From NCBI GenBank assembly GCA_010405405.1, contig MU004245.1, positions 189,256-253,255 on the forward strand: a stretch of 64,000 nucleotides of DNA. The letters run 5' to 3'. Made by a program: the position numbers and the translations under genes. Below, piece after piece: positions 61,742 through 64,000 of the stretch (positions within the stretch are counted from its first letter, which is position 1; every line of letters starts with the position of its first letter). This stretch comes from Microthyrium microscopicum (lineage: Eukaryota). A model generated the notes under the pieces. The model did no database searches and had not been told where the DNA came from. It was given only the letters and a program-made list of their open reading frames with translations.

Positions 61742-64000
61742 ATGGCTAGTCCTCTCGAGAAGCCTTCCCCGACGCTTCGCAAGTCGGCCGATTCCATATC
61801 TAGCACCTCCACTATGCTGTCTCGAATGCGATCTCTTAAGGGCCCGGAGCAGGAGGTTCCAAGCAAACGACCTCTGGAGTTTCTGGATCTACCAGTTGAT
61901 GTCTTGCGAGAGATTATTGGCCATCTTCCACACGCCAACGACCTCACTTCACTAGCTCTAAGCCATTCCGTATTACACTCTCTCGCCATCCCATGTATAT
62001 ACTCGCGGTTCGATATCGTATGGCCAGACCAGGGAATGCAAAGTGAATCGAGAGCCGGGGTTGATGCTTTGACCTATGGCCTTGCGACACTTGTCAAAGC
62101 ACAAGAAATCTTTGGAGAAGCCGCCTTTCAACATGGTCGGCGAGGCAAAAAGAAGAACAACAACTCGGCCCTTCTTCCTTCCAATCCATATCCTCTTCGG
62201 CGTAGGCGACTCGGCAACTATTATGCATCATACACCAAAAAGTTCTCGCTCGGAAATGGACCCGCTGACTGCGTGCGAGAATATCTCATCACTAAAGAGG
62301 GCGGTAAGATGCTTGGAACGCTGGTCGCCCTAGCAGTCGCCCGTATGCAGAACTTGGAAGCTTTTGTTTGGGATATGCCCACTGGCGTGTTGCGGGATGT
62401 TTGGTTGGCACTCTCATCGTTAGGGGATACTGAAGACGAAGACGAGTGCCGTCTAGAGAAAGTTTGGGTTCGATGGCACAACAATTGGCAAACTGACATA
62501 TCTGACGGCCCTCCACCACCGCCTCCGCCGAATGTGCCGCCGCCAAACCTGGGTGCGAATGCGAATCACAACAGCAATAATGCGACGATCGCACCGATCT
62601 CTGCGGATCTGGCAGCACTGCCACTGATAGACCGAGTCGAGTACCCCTCTTTCTCCGTTCTTCCGGCTTTGAAAAGCTTGACTGTGTTGGAGATAGACGA
62701 GTTGGCATACCTTGATGAGATGAGTATACTCATTGCTAGATCGCAACATCGCCTCAAGGAACTTCGAATCGGAATTGCTCGACATGCTAGAAACATGGAC
62801 TGGACCGGTAATTGGCAAGGGGATGCTTATTATCAAGTCGATCATCGAACCACTTGGACCATAGCAAGCAATGTTGGCGACAAAAGACTCGAGGGTGTTT
62901 TGGGTGTGCTCGTTGGCCGGATACATAATTTGCGAAACAATGCCGAAAGCTCTAGAACGGAATTCGGTAGAGAGTTCATCGCAAAAGTGCTCGAACAACA
63001 GCATGTGTCGGAGGAAGTGAGAATGTCTCAGGATCAATCCGACGAGGCCACAACTAGTCCTGAAACAACTGCTGGAGCTCCTCACGAAGAAGATGCACAC
63101 CGAATTGGAGAATCATACGTACCGGAATTCAACGCTACCTCACGAGGAAGCGTAATGAGCTCATCTCCACCGGACAACGAGTCACGCGAAAATCTTGCAC
63201 TTTCCAGTCCCGTAGCGACTTCTCCTGGACAATCTTCTCACTCACTTCCGACTCCCACTTTACATACTACAAACAAGGTAATACCCCTTCGACCTGCTCG
63301 GCCGCTCAGATCGGAAGCCAAAAAGACAGATAAAGACGGTCCGTTCCTGAATGGATGTTTGAAGCTGGAAACTCTCGAACTTGAGCGTGTTCCGCTATCT
63401 CTACCTGTCTTTCGCCAAGCGTTCGATTTCACCACCATCACAAATCTGACTCTCATTAATTGTGTTGGTCATGAGAGGTTATGGAAACAACTTCGTAGCC
63501 GATATGGTCCAATTGGCCGCCGAGGCTCCATGTCATATCGCATGTCTGCTCATGGCTATTTGAACTTGAAGAAGATTCATACAGACACGGTTTCGTCTCA
63601 GTTTCTTCACTTTGTGAAGGAGACCTTGAGACCAAATACTCTTGAAACACTGTTTTTACAAGATCGCTGGGGCTCCCCAGTGAGCGTAGGATCAATCTTC
63701 AAATACGCCGTTCGAAGACACCGAGCTTCTCTGAAGCGACTATTGATTGACAGCAGTCACCTTGAAGACCTTTTCACCGAGGGTAATTCTCGATGGCGCA
63801 AATGGCGATTGTCAAGAAAGATGGTTGCATATCTCACCAGTGGCAGAATGAGTAGTCTTCGAGAGTTGGCTGTGAGCATTGAATACGCCGATTGGGTAAG
63901 TATCTTTTGAACAGAACACAGAAGTATTATCTAACCTTCAGTAGCACATTTTTCTGCAACGCCTTCCTCGCGTCCACCAACTTCGTTCTTTGTTTATCCC
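61742..64000 (+). CDS. Large F-box domain protein (3' end lies outside the window)
   Basis: F-box LEFLDLPVDVLREII..LTSLAL, then IYSRFDIVWPD, GVDALTYGLATL and LRR-like repeats; intron begins at 63896. Confidence 0.85.

Noticed and set aside
1..64000. CRISPR arrays, rRNA or tRNA genes, secondary-metabolite backbone genes
   Set aside because: None recognised by eye; a tRNA or ncRNA scan was not run, so small RNAs could be missed.

Overview
Eukaryotic, intron-containing DNA from a filamentous ascomycete (probably Pezizomycotina/Dothideomycete-like; inferred from gene content and short GT-AG introns with CTRAC branch sites). About 25 protein-coding genes. Core genes: VTS1 (partial), pyruvate decarboxylase, prolyl-4-hydroxylase-like oxygenase, RSC1/2, hybrid histidine kinase, DOP1, MON1, FIG1, COG3, FMP25, a tyrosine phosphatase, MRX7, an AMSH-like deubiquitinase and a partial F-box gene. 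An accessory-looking block at about 9.2-25 kb holds a secreted hevein/CBM18 protein, an F-box orphan, an intronless secreted bacterial-type cyanophycinase-like (S51) peptidase with a 528-bp Mutator-like MITE (9-bp target-site duplication) just upstream, two divergent PHO84-type phosphate transporters, and between them a spliced 8-cysteine hydrophobin-like gene that the ORF track only partly shows. A class II peroxidase with repetitive N- and C-terminal extensions lies at 42-44 kb. No rRNA, tRNA or CRISPR was recognised. All family calls come from motif recognition by eye; no searches were run.
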